The notes under the pieces: generated by a model | Database searches by the model: none | What the model saw: only the letters and a program-made list of their open reading frames with translations | What the model was told of the DNA's origin: nothing | NCBI GenBank assembly: GCA_046496385.1 | Contig: JAWOHA010000089.1 | Coordinates: forward strand, 1 to 39,143 | From: Cryobacterium sp. | Lineage (GTDB): Bacteria; Actinomycetota; Actinomycetes; Actinomycetales; Microbacteriaceae | Length of the DNA: 39,143 nt | Direction: 5' to 3' | Shown here: positions 1-8,565 of the stretch, piece after piece | Position numbering within the stretch: the stretch's first letter is position 1 | Layout of the letters: the number at the start of each line of letters is the position of its first letter | Position numbers and translations under genes: made by a program

Positions 1-65
1 AGGAACGACAGCACCAAGAGGCTGACGTTCACTATCGTGCACCACATGAAGAACTTGGTTAACAC
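1..65 (-). CDS. Partial small membrane protein running off the left edge (DUF6868-like N-terminus)
   Basis: Minus strand reads VLTKFFMWCTIVNVSLLVLSF, which resembles the 'FFMWCTIIN..LL' start of DUF6868 proteins from memory. Start uncertain (GTG at 65). Confidence 0.35.
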   Translation of the reverse strand, partial: MLTKFFMWCTIVNVSLLVLSF

Positions 66-78
66 CTCGCGCCCATCC

Positions 79-144
79 CGCCGGTCGAGGCGCGAGGCAC
101 GAGGCACGAGCGATCGAGACCTCGTGAGCCGACCTCGACCGGCG
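79..144. repeat. REP-like palindromic element
   Basis: CGCCGGTCGAGG...CCTCGACCGGCG inverted arms with internal ATCGAGACC; same motif family as 4057-4145. Confidence 0.65.
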
Positions 145-173
145 AAAGGGCGGGGCCGCATTAGGGTGAAAGC

Positions 174-1313
174 GTGACAGCTCCCGAACGCGCCGCCGTG
201 ATCGACCTCGAGGCGATCCGCCAGAACGCCCGCCGCCTGGTCGAGCTGGCCGCCCCCGCGCAGGTGATGGCCGTGGTCAAGGCCGACGGCTACGGCCACG
301 GCGCCGAACCCAGCGCCCGTGCCGCCCTCGACGGCGGCGCGACCTGGCTCGGCGTGGCCCACATCTCCGAAGCTCTCGCGCTGCGCGCCGCCGGCATCGA
401 CGCTCCGCTGCTGGCCTGGCTGCACACCCCCGAGAGCGACTTTCACGCCGCCGTCGCCGCCGACGTGCAGCTGGGCTGCTCCGGCTGGGAGCTTGCCCCC
501 ATCGTGGCCGCGGCGACCGCGCAGAACCGGGTCGCCCGCATCCACCTGAAGATCGACACCGGCCTTGGCCGCAACGGGGTCACCCTCGCCGACCTGCCCG
601 GGCTGCTCACCGACGTCGCCCGGCATCAGGCCGCCGGAAACCTCGAGGTCGTGGGCATCTTCAGTCACCTCGCCGTGGCCGACGAGCCCGAGCGGCCCGA
701 GACCGACACCCAGCGGGCCGAGTTTCTCGCCGGCGTCGATCTGGCCCATGCGGCCGGCGTGCACCCCACGCTGCGCCACCTGGCCAACAGCCCCGCCATT
801 CTCACCCGGCCCGACACCCACTTCGATCTGGTGCGCGCCGGTCTGGCGCTCTACGGCCTCTCTCCGCTGGTCGGGCGCACCCCGGCCAGCCTCGGGCTGC
901 GCCCCGCGATGACCCTCACGACCCGCATCGCCAACTGCAAACATGTGCCCGCCGGGCAGGGCGTGTCGTACGGGCTGAACTACCGCACCACCGCCGCCAC
1001 GACGCTCGCGCTGATTCCGCTCGGCTACGCCGACGGCGTTCCGCGCATCGCGACCGGCGGCCCCGTGCGGGTGAACGGCACGACCTACCCGGTGGTGGGC
1101 CGCATCGCCATGGACCAGATGGTCATCGACCTCGGCAGCACGGCGGCTGAGTGCGTCACCGGCATCTCGGTCGGCACCGAGGCGGTGCTGTTCGGCCCGG
1201 GCCAGAACGGGGAGGCCAGCGTCGACGAGTGGGCCGCCGCGGCCGGCACCATCAACTACGAGATCGTCACCCGCATCAGCGGCCGGGTGCCCCGGGTGTA
1301 CCGCAACGCCTGA
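174..1313 (+). CDS. alr: Alanine racemase
   Basis: PLP-lysine motif AVVKADGYGHG, HLKIDTGLGRNG, catalytic Tyr in GVSYG, GYADG, GRIAMDQ, TINYEIVT. Confidence 0.97.
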   Translation: MTAPERAAVIDLEAIRQNARRLVELAAPAQVMAVVKADGYGHGAEPSARAALDGGATWLGVAHISEALALRAAGIDAPLLAWLHTPESDFHAAVAADVQLGCSGWELAPIVAAATAQNRVARIHLKIDTGLGRNGVTLADLPGLLTDVARHQAAGNLEVVGIFSHLAVADEPERPETDTQRAEFLAGVDLAHAAGVHPTLRHLANSPAILTRPDTHFDLVRAGLALYGLSPLVGRTPASLGLRPAMTLTTRIANCKHVPAGQGVSYGLNYRTTAATTLALIPLGYADGVPRIATGGPVRVNGTTYPVVGRIAMDQMVIDLGSTAAECVTGISVGTEAVLFGPGQNGEASVDEWAAAAGTINYEIVTRISGRVPRVYRNA

Positions 1314-1359
1314 AGCCGCGCCCGTCACGAGCAGCGCGGGGGCGCGCGGGCGCGCGCTG

Positions 1360-2640
1360 CTACAGCCGCAGCCGTCCGGCCCAGCGCTGCGCCTTCATGG
1401 CCAGGTGCAGCTCGAGGCGCACCGCGCCGTCGAGCGGGTCGACCCCGATCAGCGCACGGATGCGCACCAGCCGGTTGTACACGCTGGTGCGATGCAGGTG
1501 CAGCGCCTGGGCGACCCGCACCACCGACCCGGTGTCGTAGAGCAGTTCCAGAACGGGAACGAGCTCGCCGTTCCGGTCCGACTCCTGCAGCTCGGCGAAC
1601 AGAACGGATCCGGCCCGTTCGTCTGACGCCACGGTCCTGAGCCCGCCGGCCCGGAGCCCGCCGGCCCCGACCGCAGTCGGTCCCGCCAGATGCTGGTACA
1701 CGCCGATGCCGCGATAGGCCACCACCCCGCCGAGGCGCTCGTCGACCCAGGCGGCCTGCACCGCATGTTTGCTCTGCGCGTAGGCATGCGCGAGGCGGCG
1801 CAGGTCGCCGAACGGTTCGCTGAGGCCGCAGAGGTCGGGCTGTTCGGGGTGCGGCCCCCGCCGGGACACCTCCACGCCGAAGCGGCGCAGTATCTCGGCC
1901 GCCGCCACATCGGTCACGTCAGCGCGCAGCAGCAGCACCGCGTGCGTGTCGGTGCCGGCGGCGAACAGCACGCCGGGAATGCCCACCGTGGCTTCGAGCG
2001 CCGACAGCCGCTGCAACAGGTCACGTTCCAGCGCCTCCCGCTCGGCACCGCGGCTCTGCGCGACCGCGGCCGCCTCAATGCCGGCACGCTCCACGAGCGT
2101 GGCCAGCCGCCAGGGACCGCGACCGCGCACCGCCGGCCAGCCGAGCAGGGCGTCGAGGGCATGCGGCTCCCCCGCGCAGGCGGCCAGAAACTGGGCGCCC
2201 CGACCGCGCGCTTCATCGGATTCCGCGAAGGTGCGGGTGAGCAGCAGCTCGGCGAGGGCGTCGAGGTCGGCGCGCACGGCGCGCAGCTCGGTGAGGATTC
2301 CGGCCGCGGACGGCTCCTCGGCGCCCTGCAGCACCCAGAGATAGCCCACCCGAAAGCCGCGGGCCAGCAGCGGCACACAGACCCGGGCGAGCATGCCCAG
2401 CTCGGCATTGGCCGGAACCGGCACCGGCCGCACCGCCGCGGCGATTCCGTGGCTGAGCTGCCAGGCGCTCACATCGGGCGGAACCACCTTGGTGAGCAGA
2501 AAATTGGTGCGCACCCGGTCGACCGCGTGCTGGTGGCTGCTGTAGGCCAGCAGCATGCCGTCGAGGTCTTCGAGCGAGAGACCGCGGCCCAGCCGGTCGG
2601 CGATCTGCGCGACCGCTCGGTCCAGGCTGGCGGCATCCAT
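1360..2640 (-). CDS. PucR/CdaR family transcriptional regulator
   Basis: C-terminal HTH VAQALHLHRTSVYNRLVRI...RLELHLA; divergent from ald. Confidence 0.9.
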   Translation of the reverse strand: MDAASLDRAVAQIADRLGRGLSLEDLDGMLLAYSSHQHAVDRVRTNFLLTKVVPPDVSAWQLSHGIAAAVRPVPVPANAELGMLARVCVPLLARGFRVGYLWVLQGAEEPSAAGILTELRAVRADLDALAELLLTRTFAESDEARGRGAQFLAACAGEPHALDALLGWPAVRGRGPWRLATLVERAGIEAAAVAQSRGAEREALERDLLQRLSALEATVGIPGVLFAAGTDTHAVLLLRADVTDVAAAEILRRFGVEVSRRGPHPEQPDLCGLSEPFGDLRRLAHAYAQSKHAVQAAWVDERLGGVVAYRGIGVYQHLAGPTAVGAGGLRAGGLRTVASDERAGSVLFAELQESDRNGELVPVLELLYDTGSVVRVAQALHLHRTSVYNRLVRIRALIGVDPLDGAVRLELHLAMKAQRWAGRLRL

Positions 2641-2699
2641 ACCTCAGTGTAGAACGGCCCGCCGGCGGCGCCGGGCACCCACCGCGTACGAACGATCGG

Positions 2700-2755
2700 C
2701 GACACTTGCCGCGTTTTGACTCGACAGCTGTCGAGCGCAACGTCGACGGATGCCG
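2700..2755. promoter_or_regulatory. Three phased 12-bp boxes CGACnnnTG(C/T)CG, candidate PucR-family operator
   Basis: CGACACTTGCCG at 2700, CGACAGCTGTCG at 2722, CGACGGATGCCG at 2744: exact 22-bp period. The central box lies in the perfect palindrome CTCGACAGCTGTCGAG (2720-2735). Confidence 0.6.
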
Positions 2756-2880
2756 CCCAGAGGGGGCCGGCGCCCCGCAGCCTGCCCCGTACCGGCCGAA
2801 CCGGCGCCGAAAACGGGGCTTAGCGTAGGGTGTCGCCCGATCCGGACGATTCCCGCACAACACCCATCCGAGGAGTCACC

Positions 2881-4020
2881 GTGATCATTGGCGTACCGAC
2901 CGAAATCAAGAACAACGAATTTCGCGTGGCCATCACCCCCGCCGGAGTGCACGAATTTCAGCTGCGCGGCCACACCGTGCTCGTGCAGGAGGGCGCCGGC
3001 GCCGCATCCGGCTTCACGGACGCCGTGTACCGCACCGCCGGAGCAACCCTCGTGGCCACCGCCGCCGCAGTGTGGGCGCAGGCCGACATGGTCATGAAGG
3101 TGAAAGAACCGATCGTTGCGGAGTACGTGCACTTTCGCCAGGGCTTGGTCCTGTTCACCTACCTGCACCTGGCCGCCGAACCCGAGCTGGCCACCGCGCT
3201 GCTCGAGGCCGGCGTCACCGCCATCGCCTATGAGACCGTGCAGAAAGCCGACCGCTCGCTGCCCCTGCTCGCCCCGATGAGCGAGGTCGCCGGACGCCTC
3301 GCCGTTCAGGTCGGCGCCCAGTCGATGACCCGCCCCGCCGGCGGACCCGGCGTTCTGATGGGAGGCGTGCCCGGAGTGCGTGCCGCCAAGGTCACCGTGA
3401 TCGGCGCCGGCGTCGCCGGCTCCAACGCCGCCGCCATGGCGATCGGTATGGGCGCCGACGTCACCATTCTGGACATCAACATCGACCGGCTGCGCGAACT
3501 CGACGCCCAGTACGCCGGCCGTTTGAAGACCCTCGCCTCGAACGCCTACGAGATCGACCGCGCCGTGACCGAGGCCGACCTCGTGATCGGCTCCGTGCTG
3601 ATTCCCGGCGCGAAGGCCCCCAAGCTCGTCACCAACGAGCTGGTCTCGCGCATGAAGCCGGGCTCCGTGCTCGTGGACATCGCCGTCGACCAGGGCGGCT
3701 GCTTCGAGGGCACCCACGCCACGACGCACGAAGATCCCACCTTCGCCGTGCACGGCTCGATCTTCTACTGCGTGGCCAACATGCCCGGCGCCGTGCCGCA
3801 GACCTCGACCCTCGCCCTGACGAACGTCACCCTGCCCTACGCTGTGTCGATCGCCGACCGGGGCGTGCGATTCGCCTTCGAGCGTGACGCCGCCCTCGCC
3901 GGCGGGCTCAACATCGCCGCCGGCCGGGTCGCCAATGCCTCGGTGAGCGTCGCCCTCGACCTGCCGCTGGCACACTGGACCGACCTCGTGACGGATACGA
4001 CGGCGCTCGTCTCCGCCTGA
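2881..4020 (+). CDS. ald: Alanine dehydrogenase
   Basis: IIGVPTEIKNNEFRVAITP, KVKEP, LFTYLHLAA, PLLAPMSEVAGR, GAGVAG, VDIAVDQGGCFE, YCVANMPGAVP. GGAG RBS before GTG 2881. Confidence 0.97.
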   Translation: MIIGVPTEIKNNEFRVAITPAGVHEFQLRGHTVLVQEGAGAASGFTDAVYRTAGATLVATAAAVWAQADMVMKVKEPIVAEYVHFRQGLVLFTYLHLAAEPELATALLEAGVTAIAYETVQKADRSLPLLAPMSEVAGRLAVQVGAQSMTRPAGGPGVLMGGVPGVRAAKVTVIGAGVAGSNAAAMAIGMGADVTILDINIDRLRELDAQYAGRLKTLASNAYEIDRAVTEADLVIGSVLIPGAKAPKLVTNELVSRMKPGSVLVDIAVDQGGCFEGTHATTHEDPTFAVHGSIFYCVANMPGAVPQTSTLALTNVTLPYAVSIADRGVRFAFERDAALAGGLNIAAGRVANASVSVALDLPLAHWTDLVTDTTALVSA

Positions 4021-4056
4021 CCTCGCCTGAGCCCCGTTTCGCGGATCGGCCCACCC

Positions 4057-4145
4057 GGTCTCGAGACGCGGGCGAAGAGCTTGCCCGCTCCTCGACCAGC
4101 GGGACAACTCCGCTGGTCGAGGCCGAGCTTGCGAGGATCGAGACC
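4057..4145. repeat. Inverted pair of REP-like elements between convergent genes
   Basis: GGTCTCGA...CTCGACCAGCGG (4057-4102) followed by CCGCTGGTCGAG...ATCGAGACC (4110-4145). Confidence 0.7.
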
Positions 4146-4166
4146 GCGCAGGACGCCCAGGACGCG

Positions 4167-4193
4167 TCTTCAGACTCACCACGAGTCCGAAGA
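4167..4193 (-). terminator. Stem-loop downstream of the monooxygenase gene
   Basis: Minus-strand TCTTCGGACTC-5 nt-GAGTCTGAAGA, an 11-bp stem with one G-U pair; no U-tract. Confidence 0.4.
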
Positions 4194-4218
4194 TCGACTT
4201 ACGGGGTCTCGATCACCG

Positions 4219-6045
4219 TCAGTGCGTGAAGTGTGACTCCTGCAGCTCGAACACCGGAGTCTCGAGACCCTCCATGCGCGCCTTGATCTGCAGCGCGAGA
4301 TAGTGCGAGTAGTGCCGGCTCTGGTGCAGGTTGCCGCCGTGAATCCAGAGTTGCTGCACATTGGTGGGCTTCCACATGTTGCGCAGCTCCCCCTCCCACG
4401 GCCCCGGATCCTTCGGGGTGTCCGAGCCGTAGCCCCAGCAGCGCCCCACCTGGTCGGCGACTTCGGGTGAGACGAGGTCGGCGAGCCAGCCGTTCATCGA
4501 GCCGTACCCGGTGGCGTAGACGATGAGGTCGGCCGGAAGCGTCGAACCGTCGTCCATCACCACCGACTCGGGCGTGATCGACGCGAGCTGACCCGACTTC
4601 ACCGCCACCCGGCCATCGATCAGCAGCTGTGACGCGCCCACGTCGATGTAGTAGCCCGAGCCGCGGCGCAGGTACTTCAGAAACAGGCCGGAGCCGTCGG
4701 CACCGAAATCGAGGTCGAACCCGACCGCTTCGAGCTGGGCGTAGAACTCCGCGTCACGCTCGGCCATCTGTTCGTAGACGGGAATCTGCGCGGCCGGCAG
4801 AATGCGGTAGGGCAGCGACGCGAACAACAGGTCGGCTTTCTCGGTGGTCACCCCGTTCGCGAGCGCCTGCTCGGAGTACAGCCCGCCGAGGGCGAGGTCC
4901 ATGAGCGCCTCGCTGCGCGCGATGTGGGTGGAGGAGCGCTGCACCATGGTGACCTCCGCGCCGTTCTCCCAGAGGTCGGCGCAGATGTCGTGGGCCGAGT
5001 TGTTCGAGCCGATCACGACGGCCTTCTTGCCCGTCCAGTCCCCGCCGCCGGCGTGCTGAGACGAGTGGTGCTGCTGCCCGGCGAAGGTGTCGGCGCCCTC
5101 GAACACCGGGGTGTTCGGGTACCCCGAGACGCCGAGGGCGAAGACGATCTGCTTGGGCCGCAACGTCACGGGTTCGCCCTCGCGCACGACCTGCACCACC
5201 CATTCCTGGGCGGCCTCGTCGAAGTGCGCCTTCGTGCACTCGGTGCTCGACCAGTAGTTCAGCTCCATGATGCGCGTGTAGTGCTCAAGCCAGTCCCCGA
5301 TCTTGTCTTTCGACGCGAAAATCGGCCAGTCCTCGGGAAACTTCATGTACGGCAGGTGGTCGTACCAGACCGGGTCGTGCAGGTGCAGCGACTTGTAGCG
5401 GTTGCGCCACGAGTCGCCGGGCCGGGCGTTCTTCTCGATCACGATCGTGGGCACACCGAGCCGGCGCATCCGCGCGGCCAGCCCGATGCCGCCCTGGCCG
5501 CCGCCCACGATCACGCAGTACGGCTGCTCGTCGTAGCCGAGCCGCGCCTCGCGCTCCTGCTTCTTCTCGAGCCAGGACTTGCGCCCCTTCTCGATCACGT
5601 GTGAGACGCCGGTTTCGCGGGAGAAGTTCTTCTTCTCCTCGAAGCCCTTGAGTTCCTGCATGGTGGTGAGGATGGTCCAGCACTTGCCGTTTCGCAGCCG
5701 GAGATGCGCGTAGCCGCGGGCCTGCGCGGTCTCGAAGTTCACCCACGCCTCCGTGTCGGCGGCGTCTCCGGTGGCCGGTTCGGCGAGCTCCCAGCCGCGG
5801 GGTTTGACGCTGCCGAGGGTGGCCGTGAGCATGCGTTCGATGTCGGCCTTGCCCTCGAGGGTTTTGAGGTTCCACGTGAACGAGACGAAGTCGCGCCAGT
5901 AACAGTCGTCGTCGAACAGCTCGAGGGCGGCGGTCACATCGCCGGCCTGCAGGGTGCGGTCGAGCTCGGCAAGCCAGGCCTGCACGATATCGCTGGGTGA
6001 TTCAGTGCTGCCGGGTGCTTCAGTGCTGCTGGGTGCTTCAGGCAT
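4219..6045 (-). CDS. Flavin-containing monooxygenase with N-terminal SnoaL/NTF2-like extension (type II FMO-like)
   Basis: GGGQGG FAD motif, GDSWRNRYKSLHLH, FAGQQHHSSQH fingerprint, GSNNSAHD, ATGY. N-terminal WRDFVSFTWNLKT domain. AAGGAG RBS before ATG 6045. Confidence 0.88.
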   Translation of the reverse strand: MPEAPSSTEAPGSTESPSDIVQAWLAELDRTLQAGDVTAALELFDDDCYWRDFVSFTWNLKTLEGKADIERMLTATLGSVKPRGWELAEPATGDAADTEAWVNFETAQARGYAHLRLRNGKCWTILTTMQELKGFEEKKNFSRETGVSHVIEKGRKSWLEKKQEREARLGYDEQPYCVIVGGGQGGIGLAARMRRLGVPTIVIEKNARPGDSWRNRYKSLHLHDPVWYDHLPYMKFPEDWPIFASKDKIGDWLEHYTRIMELNYWSSTECTKAHFDEAAQEWVVQVVREGEPVTLRPKQIVFALGVSGYPNTPVFEGADTFAGQQHHSSQHAGGGDWTGKKAVVIGSNNSAHDICADLWENGAEVTMVQRSSTHIARSEALMDLALGGLYSEQALANGVTTEKADLLFASLPYRILPAAQIPVYEQMAERDAEFYAQLEAVGFDLDFGADGSGLFLKYLRRGSGYYIDVGASQLLIDGRVAVKSGQLASITPESVVMDDGSTLPADLIVYATGYGSMNGWLADLVSPEVADQVGRCWGYGSDTPKDPGPWEGELRNMWKPTNVQQLWIHGGNLHQSRHYSHYLALQIKARMEGLETPVFELQESHFTH

Positions 6046-6153
6046 ATTCACTCCTTTGTGTGTGCGCTGATCGGAATCCAACCGGGCCTCGACGGTACTA
6101 TTGCCCCATCATGCAGGTCCGGGCGTGATTCACTACTCACCAGTACACGGCCT

Positions 6154-6181
6154 CGAGGGTTACAAAGGCGTTACACCCTCG
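6154..6181. promoter_or_regulatory. GTTACA direct repeat (11-bp spacing) inside a CGAGGGT/ACCCTCG inverted repeat
   Basis: GTTACA at 6159 and 6170, in the divergent FMO/GAF-regulator intergenic region. Confidence 0.45.
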
Positions 6182-6219
6182 GTTGGCTGGAATCCGTCGT
6201 GACGCGAAGGAGACAGCGA

Positions 6220-7524
6220 ATGGCACGGTCCTTCTCCACAGAGCCCTCGGGCCTGCGATTCTCGTCGCCCCTCGAATATGAGCGGATGCTGCGCGCCGCG
6301 CACGAGAAGACCCTGGCCGGCACGCCCCAGCCCGACATCTCCGCGGACGTGCAGCGGTCCTGGCGACGCTCCCTCGCCGCCGGCATCAATCCCGACGCAC
6401 ACCTGCCTCGGCACCTGCACGAGGTGAGCGAGGTCGTGTCGCTGCGCCGCGCGCATGTTCTGCAGGCGGTGATGCCGGCTTTGAGCGAGCTGCTCGCCGA
6501 CGAGAGCGTCGACGGGCAGCACCTGCTCGTGATGGCCGACGCCACGGGTGAGATTCTCTGGCGGGTGGGCAGCCCGAACGTGCTGCGCCGGGCCGACACC
6601 CTCGAATTCGTCGAGGGCGCGGACTGGTCGGAGACCGGCATCGGAACCAACGCCATCAGCGAAGCCGTGATCAACGGGCGCACCGCGCAGCTCTTCTCGG
6701 CCGAACACCTCGTGCGCACACACCACGAGTGGGTGTGCACGGCCTCACCCATTCGCGACCCGGCGACCGGGGTCGCGGTGGGGGTACTGACCGTGTCGGG
6801 TCCGCTCAACACGGTGTCGGTCGACAGCGTGCGCATGGTGCAGGTCGGCGTGCGCCTCGCCGAGGAGCTGCTGCGCACGCGGTCGCCCGAACCGCGCCCG
6901 CTGCCCGCACGCACGCCGGGTCTGGTGGCTCTCGAACTGCTCGGCGGGTCGCCCGCGGTGGTGCGCTCCGACGGCGTGCGCCTGCCGCTGTCGCTGCGCC
7001 GCGCCGAGATCCTCGCCCTGCTCGACTCGCGCACGCGCGGCTGGACCGCCGACGAGCTCGCCTATGAGGTGCACGGTGAGACGGGCACGGCCTCCACGAT
7101 TCGGATCGAGATGCATCGCATCCGATTGATTCTGGGCAGCCTGCTCGAGTCGGGACCGTACCGGCTGGCTCCCGCGGCGCAGGGGATGTCAGACGTGCGG
7201 CGGGTGCTGCGGCTCGTGCGCGAGGGACAGGTGTCGGCCGCCCTCGCCGGGTACACCGGGCCGTTGCTCGAGCGTTCGACCGCCCGCGCGATCGAGCCGC
7301 TGCGTGCGGAGCTCACGGCCGCGGTCGGGAGCCTCGTGCGGGTGAGCGGCGACGCCGACCTGATTCGCCGCTGGTGCGCCACCGAGATGGGCTGCGGCGA
7401 CGCTGCCGCCGTGCACGAACTCGGCCGTCTGACCGGCCTCGCCGACCCCGGATACCTCGCACTGCGCGCCCGGCTTGAGCGCATCGACCACGAGACCGGC
7501 GCACGCTGCGCGCCTAGGGCATGA
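6220..7524 (+). CDS. GAF-domain transcriptional regulator (AcoR-type GAF plus C-terminal HTH, no AAA+)
   Basis: SWRRS, GADWSETGIGTNAI, EHLVRTHHEWVCTASPIRDP; C-terminal RRAEILALL...TIRIEMHRIR. AAGGAG RBS. Confidence 0.85.
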   Translation: MARSFSTEPSGLRFSSPLEYERMLRAAHEKTLAGTPQPDISADVQRSWRRSLAAGINPDAHLPRHLHEVSEVVSLRRAHVLQAVMPALSELLADESVDGQHLLVMADATGEILWRVGSPNVLRRADTLEFVEGADWSETGIGTNAISEAVINGRTAQLFSAEHLVRTHHEWVCTASPIRDPATGVAVGVLTVSGPLNTVSVDSVRMVQVGVRLAEELLRTRSPEPRPLPARTPGLVALELLGGSPAVVRSDGVRLPLSLRRAEILALLDSRTRGWTADELAYEVHGETGTASTIRIEMHRIRLILGSLLESGPYRLAPAAQGMSDVRRVLRLVREGQVSAALAGYTGPLLERSTARAIEPLRAELTAAVGSLVRVSGDADLIRRWCATEMGCGDAAAVHELGRLTGLADPGYLALRARLERIDHETGARCAPRA

Positions 7525-8338
7525 CCGCGCGCAAAATCTCCAGGACCGAGGGGCCGAGCGGCCAGGTGGGCAGAAACGGCAGCGCCAGCCCTGCCAGCAC
7601 CAGCGCCATGCCGGCGCCTCCCCATTCGCGGCGGCGGCGGCGGGCCCCGGACACCTCGTCGGTGAGCCGCAGGTAGCGCTCGCGCAGCGCGTCGGGTTCG
7701 ATGCCCGGCTGGGCGTCCCAGATCTCGGGGTCGTCGATCAAGAGCACGAGCGCCCGGCGCTCGTCGGGGCCGAGCAGGGGAGGAAGGTCGAGCAGCCAGC
7801 GGCGCAGATCGGTGGCGCCCAGCACTTTCACCTGGGCGGGCCTCTCCCTGACGGTGATGCTCCGGGTCTTCACACACACGACCACCGGGCGAACGGATGC
7901 CCGCAGCGGGGTGAGGTCACGCAGCACCCGGGTCAGGCGCAGCGCATCGAACTCGGCGTCGCGAATGTAGGACTTCTTCACGTTTCCGACCAGCATCACA
8001 CGGTGGGCGACAAGGACCTTCTGGCCCACGTGGGTGCGGGTGGTGATCGCAAAGATTCCGGCCGGACCGACCAGAAGGTGATCGACGCCCCGGTCCAGAA
8101 CGGTTCGGGGCAGGGCATGAAAGACCGTCCACTGCCACGGCAGGTCCGCGAGCAGGCGGGCCACGGCCAGCTCACCCTGGGCCGCCTGAAACCAGGGCTC
8201 ACTGTGCGCGCCCAGCGGCGAGCGCCCCACAACCCGGCCCAGCCATGACCGCGGCTGCACGAGGTCCTGCTCGAGGAACAGGACCTCCATCACAGACTGA
8301 GCGGGCAAACGCTGCCGCATGGTGTGTGTATGGGACAT
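7514..8338 (-). CDS. NERD (nuclease-related domain) protein with C-terminal membrane anchor
   Basis: GELAVARLL, WTVFHAL, VDHLLVGPAGIFAI; hydrophobic tail after RRRRRE. Confidence 0.8.
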   Translation of the reverse strand: MSHTHTMRQRLPAQSVMEVLFLEQDLVQPRSWLGRVVGRSPLGAHSEPWFQAAQGELAVARLLADLPWQWTVFHALPRTVLDRGVDHLLVGPAGIFAITTRTHVGQKVLVAHRVMLVGNVKKSYIRDAEFDALRLTRVLRDLTPLRASVRPVVVCVKTRSITVRERPAQVKVLGATDLRRWLLDLPPLLGPDERRALVLLIDDPEIWDAQPGIEPDALRERYLRLTDEVSGARRRRREWGGAGMALVLAGLALPFLPTWPLGPSVLEILRAVMP

Positions 8339-8410
8339 ATTCCTCCTTCAACGCCCCGACTTTATCGCCCGCATTCCGGGTGGCGCATCCCCCTAATCAG
8401 GCGCTGGACA

Positions 8411-8458
8411 GGTGATTGCAGCCATCGGCCGACCGGCGATCGCAGCCATCGGCCGACC
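8411..8458. repeat. 24-bp tandem duplication
   Basis: GGTGATTGCAGCCATCGGCCGACC / GGCGATCGCAGCCATCGGCCGACC. Confidence 0.85.
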
Positions 8459-8565
8459 GGTGCCGGCTCGCACGACCGGTGTCAGCTCATACGCCGACCG
8501 CTCCCGTAGAGTTGTGGGGCCACGAGGCCGCCGAACGGGTCGTGGCACCGAAACGAATGCGACGC

